From contig CAVQKE010000007.1 of assembly GCA_963713045.1 (NCBI GenBank), positions 448,001 through 512,000 on the forward strand: a stretch of DNA of 64,000 nucleotides, given 5' to 3'. Both the position numbers and the translations under genes were made by a program. Origin of the DNA: an uncultured delta proteobacterium. Lineage in GTDB: Bacteria > Myxococcota > Myxococcia > Myxococcales > Myxococcaceae. Positions 62,777 through 64,000 of the stretch are shown in pieces. The notes below the pieces were generated by a model. That model saw only the letters and a list, made by a program, of their open reading frames with translations. It was not told where the DNA came from and did no database searches. The first letter of the stretch is position 1. Every line of letters begins with the position of its first letter.

Positions 62777-63015
62777 GGTTCTTGTCACTCAGTGGTGGGT
62801 TTTGACGAAAAGCTGATTAGGCACACGCGTTTAGAAGTCTGAGACGGTAGTTGGCGAATGACCTATAGCCGTAAGCCCGCCGTTTCACGAGCTTTGCCTT
62901 GTTGTTGAAGCCCTCCGTGCGGCCGTTGGTGAGGCCGGTGGCGAAGTAGGCCAGGATTTCGGTTCGCCACTTCATCAGCGTCCGGCGCGCAGCGTCTTGA
63001 GTTCTGGAAGCGGGC
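62777..63015 (-). mobile_element. ISL3-family IS remnant (transposase C-terminus plus one terminal inverted repeat)
   Basis: Own translation: LPELKTLR/(frameshift)/TLMKWRTEILAYFATGLTNGRTEGFNNKAKLVKRRAYGYRSFANYRLRLL (stop 62817-62819); GGTTCTTGTC ISL3-like end at 62777. Confidence 0.8.
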
Positions 63016-63372
63016 TGAGGCCGTGCGAGTTCCCCCCCGAGCGACTAGACCCTTCTTCCGCCACGACTTGAAAGCCCTCGGGACGCTCGGTGGGCATCAC
63101 CGCCCTGGGCGACTCTCCGAGCAGAACGTCATCAGTCTTGGCTCCAGTCCGCGCACGTTGCATTCGAGAGTGTCGCCTTCGGTGGCAGCGTGCTGACAGA
63201 CTTCCTGATGCCTTCAAAGAATCCGCCGGAGCCAGCGCCTGAAACCCACAGGCTTTGCGGCTCGTAGCCACGCCGTTCTTGAAGTGGAGCACCACAGTCC
63301 TTCTGCAGGCGGAACGAATTAGGTCGTCGAGCTCCCTGACGCCTGAGATTCTCCTGCAGCTATAGTCGCGGT

Positions 63373-64000
63373 GTGGCCCAACCCCCGCCCGCATATGATA
63401 ACGAACTCCTCCAAGTCCATTTGGAGCAGGCCGCAGTTGCGCTGCCTGGGCCTGACTACTACACCGTCCTGCGCTGGATTCATCAGATCCTCCAGCCAGC
63501 GACCTACATAGAAATCGGAGTTCGCCAGGGGGAGTCGTTGCGTGCAGCTCTAGCGGGAACTCGATGCGTGGCCATCGATCCACTTCCTGCGCTGACGGGA
63601 GATCTCCCCTCAGACACTCGGGTGTTCCCCATGACGAGCGACACCTTCTTCAATACCCACGATTTAGCTGAAGTGCTACGGACCCCGCATTTTTCTCTCG
63701 CTTTCATCGACGGCCTTCATCTCTTCGAGCAAGCGCTACGGGATTTTATTCACCTCGAGCGGTTCGCAAGCCACAAATCGATCATCTTACTCCACGACTG
63801 TTTGCCACTAGATCGCGTCACGTCGGAACGCATTCGGACGACTCACTTTTATAGTGGGGATGTCTGGAAGCTTCCGATGTGCCTCAAAAAGCATGGGCAG
63901 GACTTGAGAATCGCAACAATCCGAACCGGGCCTACCGGCCTCTGCCTAGTGAGCCATTTCAACCCTGGAGTCCGAGCCCTGAGAGATCCATATGATGCTT
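63373..64000 (+). CDS. Class I SAM-dependent methyltransferase (Methyltransf_24-like), partial at right edge
   Basis: Own translation: PGPDYYTVLRWIH..LQPATYIEIGVRQGES, AIDP, TSDTFF, AFIDGLHLFEQALRDF, LHDCLP, SGDVWK; start uncertain. Confidence 0.85.
   Translation, partial: MAQPPPAYDNELLQVHLEQAAVALPGPDYYTVLRWIHQILQPATYIEIGVRQGESLRAALAGTRCVAIDPLPALTGDLPSDTRVFPMTSDTFFNTHDLAEVLRTPHFSLAFIDGLHLFEQALRDFIHLERFASHKSIILLHDCLPLDRVTSERIRTTHFYSGDVWKLPMCLKKHGQDLRIATIRTGPTGLCLVSHFNPGVRALRDPYDA

Noticed and set aside
62975..63583. 202-aa minus-strand ORF as a full transposase
   Set aside because: Only its last ~10 residues (SPLPELKTLR) belong to the ISL3 remnant; the rest overlaps the plus-strand methyltransferase and looks non-coding.

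Overview
High-GC chromosomal segment that is most consistent with a myxobacterium (Myxococcota). Support comes from a MYXO-CTERM protein, a myxobacterial-type LexA box, and gene order resembling the Myxococcus secA/rpsB/hsfAB/fadIJ/hemE region (recalled, not verified). Content from left to right: a partial secreted/beta-barrel gene, tRNA-Ile2, LMF-family, heme o synthase and TPR genes, tRNA-Ala, aceA, a 5'-nucleotidase and a MYXO-CTERM protein. Next is a ~15 kb surface-polysaccharide locus (GTs, wzm/wzt, rmlBDAC, a methyltransferase/coiled-coil/GT2/WbsX-like fusion, a GT2-methyltransferase and a GT-C-like membrane protein). Then come sixA-cyaY, secA-rpsB-tsf-pyrH-frr, rlmM, an M23 peptidase, a PP2C phosphatase, recN, a SNF2 helicase, an ABC exporter, nadK, rarA, an interrupted lipoprotein, a hybrid kinase/sigma54-activator pair, a diguanylate cyclase, a KimA-like permease, fadJ/fadI and hemE. 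The window ends with tRNA-Val/tRNA-Asp and a probable island edge (ISL3 remnant, methyltransferase). Frameshifts in tsf, rpsB and secA are probably consensus artefacts. I found no CRISPR array, prophage or unambiguous new system. The best candidates for follow-up are the methyl-capping 'ruler' glycan assembly locus and an orphan sigma54-type regulatory region (possible sRNA) downstream of the NtrC-like gene. All domain calls are from motif recognition by eye; no searches were run.
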